Shown one piece after another: positions 43,701 through 57,679 of a stretch of DNA of 64,000 nt. Source of the DNA: the human T2T-CHM13v2.0 reference genome, Homo sapiens; the NCBI RefSeq assembly GCF_009914755.1, contig NC_060925.1; one strand, 5' to 3'. Numbering within the stretch: the first letter of the stretch is position 1; every line of letters starts with the position of its first letter. Below the pieces are notes generated by a model. The model was given only the letters and a program-made list of their open reading frames with translations. It was not told the origin of the DNA and did no database searches. A program made the position numbers and the translations under genes.

Positions 43701-46700
43701 TCAAATGGAATCGAATGGAATTATCGAATGCAATCGAATGGAATAATCGAATGCAATCGAATAGAATCATCGAATGGACTTGAAAGGAATCATCGATTGA
43801 AATGGAATGGAATAGTCAATGAACTCGAATGGAATCATCATTGAATGGAATCATCGAGTGGAATCGAATGGAATCATGATCAAATGGAATCGAAAGTAAT
43901 CATCATCAAATGGAATCAAAATAACCATCATCAATTGGTATTGAATGGAATTGTCATCAAACGGAATTCAAAGGAATCATCATCAAATGGAACCGAATGG
44001 AATCCTCATTGAATGGAAATGAAAGGAGTCATCATCTAATGGAATCGCATGGAATCATCATCAAATGGAATCTAATGGAATCATTGAACGGAATTGAATG
44101 GAATCGTCATCGAATGAATTGAATGCCATCAACGAATGGTCTCGAATGTAACCATCTCCAAATGGAATGGAATGGAATCATCGCATAGAATCGAATGGAA
44201 ATATCATCGAATGGACTCGAATGGAATCAACATCAAACGGAATCAAACGGAATTATCGAATGGAATCGAAGAGAATCATCGAACGGACTCGAATGGAATC
44301 ATCTAATCGAATGGAATGGAAGAATTCCTGGACTCGAATGCAATCATCATCGAATGGAATCGAATGGAATCATCGAATGGACTGGAATGGAAAAATCATT
44401 GAAAGGAATCGAATGGAATCATCATCGGATGGAAACGAATGGAATCATCATCGAATGGAATCGAATGGGATCATCAAATGGAATCAGATGGAATCATCAT
44501 CAAATGGAATCGAATAGAATTATGGAATGAAATCCAATGTGACCATCATTGAATGGACTCGAATGGAATCATCATCCAATGGAAACTAATGGAATCAACA
44601 TCGAATGGAATCGAATGGAAACACCATCGAATTGAAACGAATGGAATTATCATGAAATTGAAATGGATGGACTCATCATCGAATGGATTCGAATGGAATC
44701 ATCGAATGAAATTGATTGAAATCATCATCAAATGGAATCGAAAGGAATCATTGAATGGAATCGAATGGAATAATCATCTGATGGAAATGAATGGAATCAT
44801 CATAGAATGGAATCGCATGGATTCATTGAATGGAATCAGATGGAATCATCGAATGGACTTGAATGGAATCGTGGAATGGACTGGAATGGAATCATTATTG
44901 AATGGAATTGAATAGAATCATCGAATGGTCTCGAATGGAATCATTATCAAATGAAGTCGAATGGAATCACCGAATAGAATCGAATGGAACAATCATCGAA
45001 TGGACTCAAATGGAATTATCCTCAAATGGAATCAAATGGATTTATCGAATGCAATCAAATGGAATTATCGAATGCAATCGAATAGAATCATCGAATGGAC
45101 TCGAATGGAATCATCGAATGGAATGCAATGGATTAATCCATGGACTCGAATTCAATCACCATCGAATACAATCGAATGGAGTCATCGAATCGACTCAAAT
45201 GGAATAATCATTGAATGGAATCGAATGGAATCATCGAGTGGAATCGAATGGAATCATGATCAAATGGAATCGAATATAATCATCATCAAATGGAATCAAA
45301 AATAAACATCATCAATAGGTATTGAATGGAATTGTCATCAAATGTAATTCAAAGGAATCATCATCAAATGGAACCGAATGGAATCCTCATTGAATGGAAA
45401 TCAAAGGAGTCATCATCTAATGGAATCGCATGGAATCATCATCAAATGGAATCGAATGGAATCATCATCAAATGGAATCTAATGGAATCATTGAACGGAA
45501 TTGAATGGAATCGTCATCGAATGAATTGAATGCAATCAACGAATGGTCTCAAATGTAACCACCTCCAAATGGAAAGTAATGGAATCATCGCATAGAATCG
45601 AATGGAATTATCATTGAATGGACTCGAATGGAATCAACATCAAACGGAATCAAACGGAATTATCAAATGGAATCGAAGAGAATCATCGAATGGACTCGAA
45701 TGGAATCATCTAATGAAATGGAATGGAAGAATCCATGGTCTCGAATGCAATCATCATCGAATGGAATCGAATGGAATCATCGAATGGACTCGAATGGAAT
45801 AATCATTGAACGGAATCGAATGGAATCATCATCGGATGGAAACGAATGGAATCATCAAATGGAATCAGATGGAATCATCATCAAATGGAATCGAATAGAA
45901 TTATGGAATGAAATCCATTGTGATCATCATCGAATGGACTCGAATGGAATCATCATCCAATGGAAACTAATGGAATCAACATCGAATGGAATCGAATGGA
46001 AACACCATCGAATTGAAACGAATGGAATTATCATGAAATTGAAATGGATGGACTCATCATCGAATGGATTCGAATGGAATCATCGAATGAAATTGATTGA
46101 AATCATCATCAAATGGAATCGAAAGGAATCATTGAATGGAATCGAATGGAATCATCATCAGATGGAAATGAATGGAATCATCATAGAATGGAATCGCATG
46201 GATTCATTGAATGGAATCAGATGGAATCATCGAATGGGCTTGAATGGAATCGTTGAATGGACTCGAATGGAATCATTATGGAATGGAATTGAATAGAATC
46301 ATCGAATGGTCTCGAATGGAATCATTATCAAATGAAGTCGAATGGAATCACCGAATAGAATCGAATGGAACAATCATCGAATGGACTCAAATGGAATTAT
46401 CATCAAATGGAATCAAATGGATTTATCGAATGCAATCGAATGGAATTATCGAATGCAATCGAATAGAATCATCGAATGGACACGAATGGAATGATCGAGT
46501 GGAATGCAATGGATTAATCCATGGACTCGAATTCAATCACCATCGAATACAATCGAATGGAGTCATCGAATCGACTCAAATGGAATAATCATTGAATGGA
46601 ATCGAATGGAATCATCGAGTGGAATCGAATTGAATCATGATCAAATGGAATCGAATGTAATCATCATCAAATGGAATCAAAAATAAACATCATCAATTGG

Positions 46701-49700
46701 TATTGAATGGAATTGTCATCAAATGGAATTCAAAGGAATCATCATCAAATGGAACCGAATGGAATCCTCATTGAATGGAAATGAAAGGAGTCATCATCTA
46801 ACGGAATCGCATGGAATCATCATCAAATGGAATCGAATGGAATCATCATCAAATGGAATCTAATGGAATCATTGAACGGAATTGAATGGAATCGTCATCG
46901 AATGAATTCAATGCAATCAACGAATGGTCTCGAATGGAACCACCTCCAAATGGAATGGAATGGAATCATCGCATAGAATCGAATGGAATTATCATCGAAT
47001 GGACTCGAATGGAATCAACATCAAACGGAATCAAACGGAATTATCGAATGGAATCGAAGAGAATCATCGAACGGACTCGAATGGAATCATCTAATGGAAT
47101 GGAATGGAAGAATCCATGGACTCGAATGCAATCATCATCGAATGGAATCGAATGGAATCATCGAATGGACTCGAATGGAATAATCATTGAACGGAATCGA
47201 ATGAATCATCATCGGATGGAAACGAATGGAATCATCATCGAATGGAATCGAATGGGATCATCAAATGGAATCAGATGGAATCATCATCAAATGGAATCGA
47301 ATAGAATTATGGAATGAAATCCAATGTGATCATCATTGAATGGACTCGAATGGAATCATCATCCAATGGAAACTAATGGAATCAACATCGAATGGAATCG
47401 AATGGAAACACCATCGAATTGAAACGAATGGAATTATCATGAAATTGAAATGGATGGACTCATCATCGAATGGATTCGAACGGAATCATCGAATGAAATT
47501 GATTGAAATCATCATCAAATGGAATCGAAAGGAATCATTGAATGGAATCGAATGGAATCATCATCAGATGGAAATGAATGGAATCATCATAGAATGGAAA
47601 CGAATGGATTCATTGAGTGAAATCAGATGGAATCATCGAATGGACTTGAATGGAATCGTTGAATGGACTCGAATGGAATCATTATTGAATGGAATTGAAT
47701 AGAATCATCGAATGGTCTCGAATGGAATCATTATCAAATGAAGTCGAATGGAATCACCGAATAGAATCGAATGGAACAATCATCGAATGGACTCAAATGG
47801 AATTATCCTCAAATGGAATCAAATGGATTTATCGAATGCAATCGAATGGAATTATCGAATGCAATCGAATAGAATCATCGAATGGACTCGAATGGAATCA
47901 TCGAGTGGAATGCAATGGATTAATCCATGTACTCGAATTCAATCACCATCGAATACAATCGAATGGAGTCATCGAATCGACTCCAATGGAATAATCATTG
48001 AATGGAATCGAATGGAATCATCGAGTGGAATCGAATGGAATCATGATCAAATGGAATCGAATGTAATCATCATCAAATGTTATCAAAAATAAACATCATC
48101 AATTGGTATTGAATGGAATTGTCATCAAATGGAATTCAAAGGAATCATCATCAAATGGAACCGAATGGAATCCTCATTGAATGGAAATGAAAGGAGTCAT
48201 CATCTAATGGAATCGCATGGAATCATCATCAAATGGAATCGAATGGAATCATCATCAAATGGAATCTAATGGAATCACTGAACGGAATTGAACGGAATCG
48301 TCTTCGAATGAATTGAATGCAATCAACGAATGGTCTCGAATGGAACCACCTCCAAATGGAATGGAATGGAATCATCGCATAGAATCGAATTTAATTATAA
48401 TCGAATGGACTCAAATGGAATCAACATCAAACGGAATCAAACGGAATTATCGAATGGAATCGAAGAGAATCATCGAATGGACTCGAATGGAATCATCTAA
48501 TTGAATGGAATGGAAGAATCCATGGTCTCGAATGCAATCATCATCGAATGGAATCGAATGGAATCATTGAATGGACTCGAAAGGAATAATCATTGAATGG
48601 AATCGAATGGAATCATCATCGGATGGAAACGAATGGAATCATCAAATCGAATCAGATGGAATCATCATCAAATGGAATCGAATAGAATTATGGAATGAAA
48701 TCCATTGTGATCATCATCGAATGGACTCGAATGGAATCATCATCCAATGGAAACTAATGGAATCAACATCGAATGGAATCGAATGGAAACTCCATCGAAT
48801 TGAAACGAATGGAATTATCATGAAATTGAAATGGATGGAATCATCATCGAATGGATTCGAATGGAATCATCGAATGAAATTGATTGAAATCATCATCAAA
48901 TGGAATCGAATGGAATCATTGAATGGAATCGAATGGAATCATCATCAGATGGAAATGAATGGAATCATCATAGAATGGAATCGAGTGGATTCATTGAATG
49001 GAATCAGATGGAATCATCGAATGGACTTGAATGGAATCATTGAATGGACTCGAATGGAATCATTATTGAATGGAATTGAATGGAATCATCGAATGGTCTC
49101 GAATGGAATCATTATCAAATGGAATAGAATGGAATCACCGAATAGAATCGAATGGAACAATCATCGAATGGACTCAAATGGAATTATCCTCAAATGGAAT
49201 CGAATGGAATTATCGAATGCAATCGAATGGAATAATCGAATGCAATCGAATAGAATCATCCAATGGACTTGAAAGGAATCATCGATTGAAATGGAATGGA
49301 ATAGTCAATGAACTCGAATGGAATCATCATTGAATGGAATCATCGAATGGAATCGAATGGAATCATGATCAAATGGAATCGAAAGTAATCATCATCAAAT
49401 GGAATCAAAAATAACCATCATCAATTGGTATTGAATGGAATTGTCATCAAACGGAATTCAAAGGAATCATCATCAAATGGAACCGAATGGAATCCTCATT
49501 GAATGGAAATGAAAGGAGTCATCATCAAATGGAATCGCATGGAATCATCATCAAACGGAATCGAATGGAATCATCATCAAATGGAATCTAATGGAATCAT
49601 TGAACGGAATTGAATGGAATCGTCATCGAATGAATTGAATGCAATCAACGAATGGTCTCGAATGGAACCACATCCAAATGGAATGGATTGGAATCATCGC

Positions 49701-52700
49701 ATAGAATCGAATGGAATTATCATCGAATGGACCCGAATGGAATCAACATCAAACGGAATCAAACGGAATTATCGAATGGAATCGAAGAGAATCATCGAAC
49801 GGACTCGAATGGAATCATCTAATGGAATGGAATGGAAGAATCCATGGACTCGAATGCAATCATCATCGAATGGAGTCGAATGGAATCATCGAATGGACTC
49901 GAATGGAATAATCATTGAACGGAATCGAATGGAATCATCATCGGATGGAAACGAATGGAATCATCATCGAATGGAATCGAATGGGATCATCAAATGGAAT
50001 CAGATGGAATCATCATCAAATGGAATCGAATAGAATTATGGAATGAAATCCAATGTGATCATCATTGAATGGACTCGAATGGAATCATCATCCAATGGAA
50101 ACTAATGGAATCAACATCGAATGGAATCGAATGGAAACACCATCGAATTGAAACGAATGGAATTATCATGAAATTGAAATGCATGGACTCATCATCGAAT
50201 GGATTCGAATGGAATCATCGAATGAAATTGATTGAAATCATCATCAAATGGAATCGAAAGGAATCATTGAATGGAATCGAATGGAATCATCATCAGGTGG
50301 AAATGAATGGAATCATCACAGAATGGAATCGCATGGATTCATTGAATGGAATCAGATGGAATCATCGAATGGACTTGAATAGAATCGTTGAATGGACTCG
50401 AATGGAATCATTATTGAATGGAATTGAATAGAATCATCAAATGGTCTCGAATGGAATCATTATCAAATGAAGTCAAATGGAATCACCGAATAGAATCGAA
50501 TGGAAGAATCATCGAATGGACTCAAATGGAATTATCTTCAAATGGAATCAAATGGATTTATCGAATGCAATCGAATGGAATTATCGAATGCAATCGAAGA
50601 GAATCATCGAATGGACTCGAATGGATTAATCGAATGGAATGCAATGGATTAATCCATGGACTCGAATTCAATCACCATCGAATACAATCGAATGGAGTCA
50701 TCGAATCGACTCAAATGGAATAATCATTGAATGGAATCGAATGGAATCATCGAGTGGAATCGAATGGAATCATGATCAAATGGAATCGAATGTAATCGTC
50801 ATCAAATGGAATCAAAAATAAACATCATCAATAGGTATTGTATGGAATTGTCATCAAACGGAATTCAAAGGAATCATCATCAAATGGAACCGAATGGAAT
50901 CCTCATTGAATGGAAATGAAAGGAGTCATCATCTAATGGAATCGCATGGAATCATCATCAAATGGAATCGAATGGAATCATCATCAAATGGAATCTAATG
51001 GAATCATTGAACGGAATTGAATGGAATCGTCATCGAATGAATTGAATGCAATCAACGAATGGTCTCGAATGGAACCACCTCCAAATGGAATGGAATGGAA
51101 TCATCGCATAGAATCGAATGGAATTATCATCGAATGGACTCGAATGGAATCAACATCAAACGGAATCAAACGGAATTATCGAATGGAATCGAAGAGAATC
51201 ATCGAACGGACTCGAATGGAATCATCTAAAGGAATGGAATGGAAGAATCCATGGACACGAATGCAATCATCATCGAATGGAATCGAATGGAATCATCGAA
51301 TGGACTCGAATGGAATAATCATTGAACGGAATCGAATGGAATCATCATCGGATGGAAACGAATGGAATCATCAAATGGAATCAGATGGAATCATCATCAA
51401 ATGGAATCGAATAGAATTATGGAATGAAATCCATTGTGATCATCATCGAATGGACTCGAATGGAATCATCATCCAATGGAAAATAATGGAATCAACATCG
51501 AAAGGAATCGAATGGAAACACCATCGAATTGAAACGAATGGAATTATCATGAAATAGAAATGGATGGACTCATCATCGAATGGATTCGAGTGGAATCATC
51601 GAACGAAATTGATTGAAATCATCATCAAATGGAATCGAATGGAATCATTGAATGGAATCGAATGGAATCATCATCAGATGGAAATGAATGGAATCATCAT
51701 AGAATGGAATCGAATGGATTCATTGAATGGAATCAGATGGAATCATCGAATGGACTTGAATGGAATCATTGAATGGACTCGAATGGAATCATTATTGAAT
51801 GGAATTGAATGGAATCATCGAATGGTCTCGAATGGAATCATTATCAAATGGAATCGAATGGAATCACCGAATAGAATCGAATGGAACAATCATCGAATGG
51901 ACTCAAATGGAATTATCCTCAAATGGAATCGAATGGAATTATCGAATGCAATCGAATGGAATAATCGAATGCAATCGAATAGAATCATCGAATGGACTTG
52001 AAAGGAATCATCGATTGAAATGGAATGGAATAGTCAATGAACTCGAATGGAATCATCATTGAATGGAATCATCGAGTGGAATCGAATGGAATCATGATCA
52101 AATGGAATCGAAAGTAATCATCATCAAATGGAATCAAAATAACCATCATCAATTGGTATTGAATGGAATTGTCATCAAACGGAATTCAAAGGAATCATCA
52201 TCAAATGGAACCGAATGGAATCCTCATTGAATGGAAATGAAAGGAGTCATCATCTAATGGAATCGCATGGAATCATCATCAAATGGAATCTAATGGAATC
52301 ATTGAACGGAATTGAATGGAATCGTCATCGAATGAATTGAATGCCATCAACGAATGGTCTCGAATGTAACCATCTCCAAATGGAATGGAATGGAATCATC
52401 GCATAGAATCGAATGGAAATATCATCGAATGGACTCGAATGGAATCAACATCAAACGGAATCAAACGGAATTATCGAATGGAATCGAAGAGAATCATCGA
52501 ACGGACTCGAATGGAATCATCTAATCGAATGGAATGGAAGAATTCCTGGACTCGAATGCAATCATCATCGAATGGAATCGAATGGAATCATCGAATGGAC
52601 TGGAATGGAAAAATCATTGAAAGGAATCGAATGGAATCATCATCGGATGGAAACGAATGGAATCATCATCGAATGGAATCGAATGGGATCATCAAATGGA

Positions 52701-54221
52701 ATCAGATGGAATCATCATCAAATGGAATCGAATAGAATTATGGAATGAAATCCAATGTGACCATCATTGAATGGACTCGAATGGAATCATCATCCAATGG
52801 AAACTAATGGAATCAACATCGAATGGAATCGAATGGAAACACCATCGAATTGAAACGAATGGAATTATCATGAAATTGAAATGGATGGACTCATCATCGA
52901 ATGGATTCGAATGGAATCATCGAATGAAATTGATTGAAATCATCATCAAATGGAATCGAAAGGAATCATTGAATGGAATCGAATGGAATAATCATCTGAT
53001 GGAAATGAATGGAATCATCATAGAATGGAATCGCATGGATTCATTGAATGGAATCAGATGGAATCATCGAATGGACTTGAATGGAATCGTGGAATGGACT
53101 GGAATGGAATCATTATTGAATGGAATTGAATAGAATCATCGAATGGTCTCGAATGGAATCATTATCAAATGAAGTCGAATGGAATCACCGAATAGAATCG
53201 AATGGAACAATCATCGAATGGACTCAAATGGAATTATCCTCAAATGGAATCAAATGGATTTATCGAATGCAATCAAATGGAATTATCGAATGCAATCGAA
53301 TAGAATCATCGAATGGACTCGAATGGAATCATCGAATGGAATGCAATGGATTAATCCATGGACTCGAATTCAATCACCATCGAATACAATCGAATGGAGT
53401 CATCGAATCGACTCAAATGGAATAATCATTGAATGGAATCGAATGGAATCATCGAGTGGAATCGAATGGAATCATGATCAAATGGAATCGAATATAATCA
53501 TCATCAAATGGAATCAAAAATAAACATCATCAATAGGTATTGAATGGAATTGTCATCAAATGTAATTCAAAGGAATCATCATCAAATGGAACCGAATGGA
53601 ATCCTCATTGAATGGAAATCAAAGGAGTCATCATCTAATGGAATCGCATGGAATCATCATCAAATGGAATCGAATGGAATCATCATCAAATGGAATCTAA
53701 TGGAATCATTGAACGGAATTGAATGGAATCGTCATCGAATGAATTGAATGCAATCAACGAATGGTCTCAAATGTAACCACCTCCAAATGGAAAGTAATGG
53801 AATCATCGCATAGAATCGAATGGAATTATCATTGAATGGACTCGAATGGAATCAACATCAAACGGAATCAAACGGAATTATCAAATGGAATCGAAGAGAA
53901 TCATCGAATGGACTCGAATGGAATCATCTAATGAAATGGAATGGAAGAATCCATGGTCTCGAATGCAATCATCATCGAATGGAATCGAATGGAATCATCG
54001 AATGGACTCGAATGGAATAATCATTGAACGGAATCGAATGGAATCATCATCGGATGGAAACGAATGGAATCATCAAATGGAATCAGATGGAATCATCATC
54101 AAATGGAATCGAATAGAATTATGGAATGAAATCCATTGTGATCATCATCGAATGGACTCGAATGGAATCATCATCCAATGGAAACTAATGGAATCAACAT
54201 CGAATGGAATCGAATGGAAAC
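37715..54221 (+). repeat. 8218-bp tandem duplication (hexamer 1406+1322+1407+1295+1407+1381), 2 copies
   Basis: The ORF track repeats at +8218 (38026/46244, 38668/46886, 40095/48313, 41396/49614, 42803/51021, 44167/52385, 45326/53544). Many private variants are shared. Identity breaks at 37714/45932 (C vs G) and 46004/54222 (A vs T). Confidence 0.93.
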
Positions 54222-54779
54222 TCCATCGAATTGAAACGAATGGAATTATGAAATTGAAATGGATGGACTCATCATCGAATGGATTCGAATGGAATCATCG
54301 AATGAAATTGATTGAAATCATCATCAAATGGAATCGAATGGAATCATTGAATGGAATCGAATGGAATCATCATCAGATGGAAATGAATGGAATCATCATA
54401 GAATGGAATCGAATGGATTCATTGAATGGAATCAGATGGAATCATCGAATGGACTTGAATGGAATCATTGAATGGACTCGAATGGAATCATTATTGAATG
54501 GAATTGAATGGAATCATCGAATGGTCTCGAATGGAATCATTATCAAATGGAATCGAATGGAATCACGGAATAGAATCGAATGTAACAATCATCGAATGGA
54601 CTCAAATGGAATTATCCTCAAAAGGAATCGAATGGAATTATCGAATGCAATCGAATGGAATAATCGAATGCAATCGAATAGAATCATCGAATGGACTTGA
54701 AAGGAATCATCGATTGAAACGGAATGGAATAGTCAATGAACTCGAATGGAATCATCATTGAATGGAATCATCGAGTGGA

Positions 54780-57100
54780 ATCGAATGGAATCATGATCAA
54801 ATGGAATCGAAAGTAATCATCATCAAATGGAATCAAAATAACCATCATCAATTGGTATTGAATGGAATTGTCATCAAACGGAATTCAAAGGAATCATCAT
54901 CAAATGGAACCGAATGGAATCCTCATTGAATGGAAATGAAAGGAGTCATCATCTAATGGAATCGCATGGAATCATCATCAAATGGAATCGAATGGAATCA
55001 TCATCAAATGGAATCTAATGGAATCATTGAACGGAATTGAATGGAATCGTCATCGAATGAATTGAATGCAATCAACGAATGGTCTCGAATGGAACCACAT
55101 CCAAATGGAATGGAATGGAATCATCGCATAGAATCGAATGGAATTATCATCGAATGGACTCGAATTGAATCAACATCAAACGGAATCAAACGGAATTATC
55201 GAATGGAATCGAAGAGAATCATCGAATGGAATCGAATGGAATCATCTAATGGAATGGAATGGAAGAATCCATGGACTCGAATGCAATCATCATCGAATGG
55301 AATCGAATGGAATCATCGAATGGACTCGAATGGAATAATCATTGAACGGAATCGAATGGAATCATCATCGGATGGAAACGAATGGAATCATCAAATGGAA
55401 TCAGATGGAATCATCATCAAATGGAAACGAATAGAATTATGGAATGAAATCCATTGTGTTCATCATCGAATGGACTCGAATGGAATCATCATCCAATGGA
55501 AACTAATGGAATCAACATCGAATGGAATCGAATGGAAACACCATCGAATTGAAACGAATGGAATTATCATGAAATAGAAATGGATGGACTCATCATCGAA
55601 TGGATTCGAATGGAATCATTGAACGAAATTGATTGAAATCATCATCAAATGGAATCGAATGGAATCATTGAATGGAATCGAATGGAATCATCATCAGATG
55701 GAAATTAATGGAATCATCATAGAATGGAATCGAATGGATTCATTGAATGGAATCAGATGGAATCATCGAATGGACTTGAATGGAATCATTGAATGGACTC
55801 GAATGGAATCATTATTGAATGGAATTGAATGGAATCATCGAATGGTCTCGAATGGAATCATTATCAAATGGAATCGAATGGAATCACCGAATAGAATCGA
55901 ATGGAACAATCATCGAATGGACTCAAATGGAATTATCCTCAAATGGAATCGAATGGAATTATCGAATGCAATCGAATGGAATAATCGAATGCAATCGAAT
56001 AGAATCATCGAATGGACTTGAAAGGAATCATCGATTGAAATGGAATGGAATAGTCAATGAACTCGAATGGAATCATCATTGAATGGAATCATCGAGTGGA
56101 ATCGAATGGAATCATGATCAAATGGAATCGAAAGTAATCATCATCAAATGGAATCAAAATAACCATCATCAATTGGTATTGAATGGAATTGTCATCAAAC
56201 GGAATTCAAAGGAATCATCATCAAATGGAACCGAATGGAATCCTCATTGAATGGAAATGAAAGGAGTCATCATCTAATGGAATCGCATGGAATCATCATC
56301 AAATGGAATTGAATGGAATCATCATCAAATGGAATCTAATGGAATCATTGAACGGAATTGAATGGAATCGTCATCAAATGAATTGAATGTAATCAACGAA
56401 TGGTCTCGAATGGAACCATCTCCAAATGGAATGGAATGGAATCATTGCATAGAATCGAATGGAATTATCATTGAATGGACTCGAATGGAATCAACATCAA
56501 ACGGAATCAAACGGAATTATCGAATGGAATCGAAGAGAATCATCGAACGGACTCGAATGGAATCATCTAATGGAATGGAATGGAAGAATTCCTGGACTCG
56601 AATGCAATCATCATCGAATGGAATCGAATGGAATCATCGAATGGACTCGAATGGAATAATCATTGAACGGAATCGAATGGAATCATCATCGGATGGAAAC
56701 GAATGGAATCATCATCGAATGGAATCGAATGGGATCATCAAATGGAATCAGATGGAATCATCATCAAATGGAATCGAATAGAATTATGGAATGAAATCCA
56801 ATGTGATCATCATTGAATGGACTCGAATAGAATCATCATCCAATGGAAACTAATTGAATCAACATCGAATGGAATCGAATGGAAACACCATCGAATTGAA
56901 ACGAATGGAATTATCATGAAATTGAAATGGATGGACTCATCATCGAATGGATTCGAATGGAATCATCGAATGAAATTGATTGAAATCATCATCAAATGGA
57001 ATCGAAAGGAATCATTGAATGGAATCGAATGGAATCATCATCAGATGGAAATGAATGGAATCATCATAGAATGGAATCGCATGGATTCATTGAATGGAAT
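54780..57100 (+). repeat. Displaced related copy of ~31.6-33.9 kb at offset 23211 (ends approximate)
   Basis: ORF pairs 31830/55041, 32418/55629, 33151/56362 and 33606/56817. Shared rare variants are CATTGTGTTC, CATTGAACGAAATT, GAATGTAATCAAC and CTCGAATAGAATC (33618/56829). Confidence 0.8.
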
Positions 57101-57679
57101 CAGATGGAATCATCCAATGGACTTGAATGGAATCGTTGAATGGACTCGGATGGAATCATTATTGAATGGAATTGAATAGAATCATCGAATGGTCTCGAAT
57201 GGAATCATTATCAAATGAAGTCGAATGGAATCACCGAATAGAATCGAATGGAACAATCATCGAATGGACTCAAATGGAATTATCCTCAAATGGAATCAAA
57301 TGGATTTATCGAATGCAATCGAATGGAATTATCGAATGCAATCGAATAGAATCATCGAATGGACTCAAATGGAATCATCGAATGGAATGCAATGGATTAA
57401 TCCATGGACTCGAATTCAATCACCATCGAATACAATCGAATGGAGTCATCGAATCGACTCAAATGGAATAATCATTGAATGGAATCGAATGGAATCATCG
57501 AGTGGAATCGAATGGAATCATGATCAAATGGAATGGAACGTAATCATCATCAAATGGAATCAAAAATAAACATCATCAGTTGGTATTGAATGGAATTGTC
57601 ATCAAATGGAATTCAAAGGAATCATCATCAAATGGAACCGATTGGAATCCTCATTGAATGGAAATGAAAGGAGTCATCA

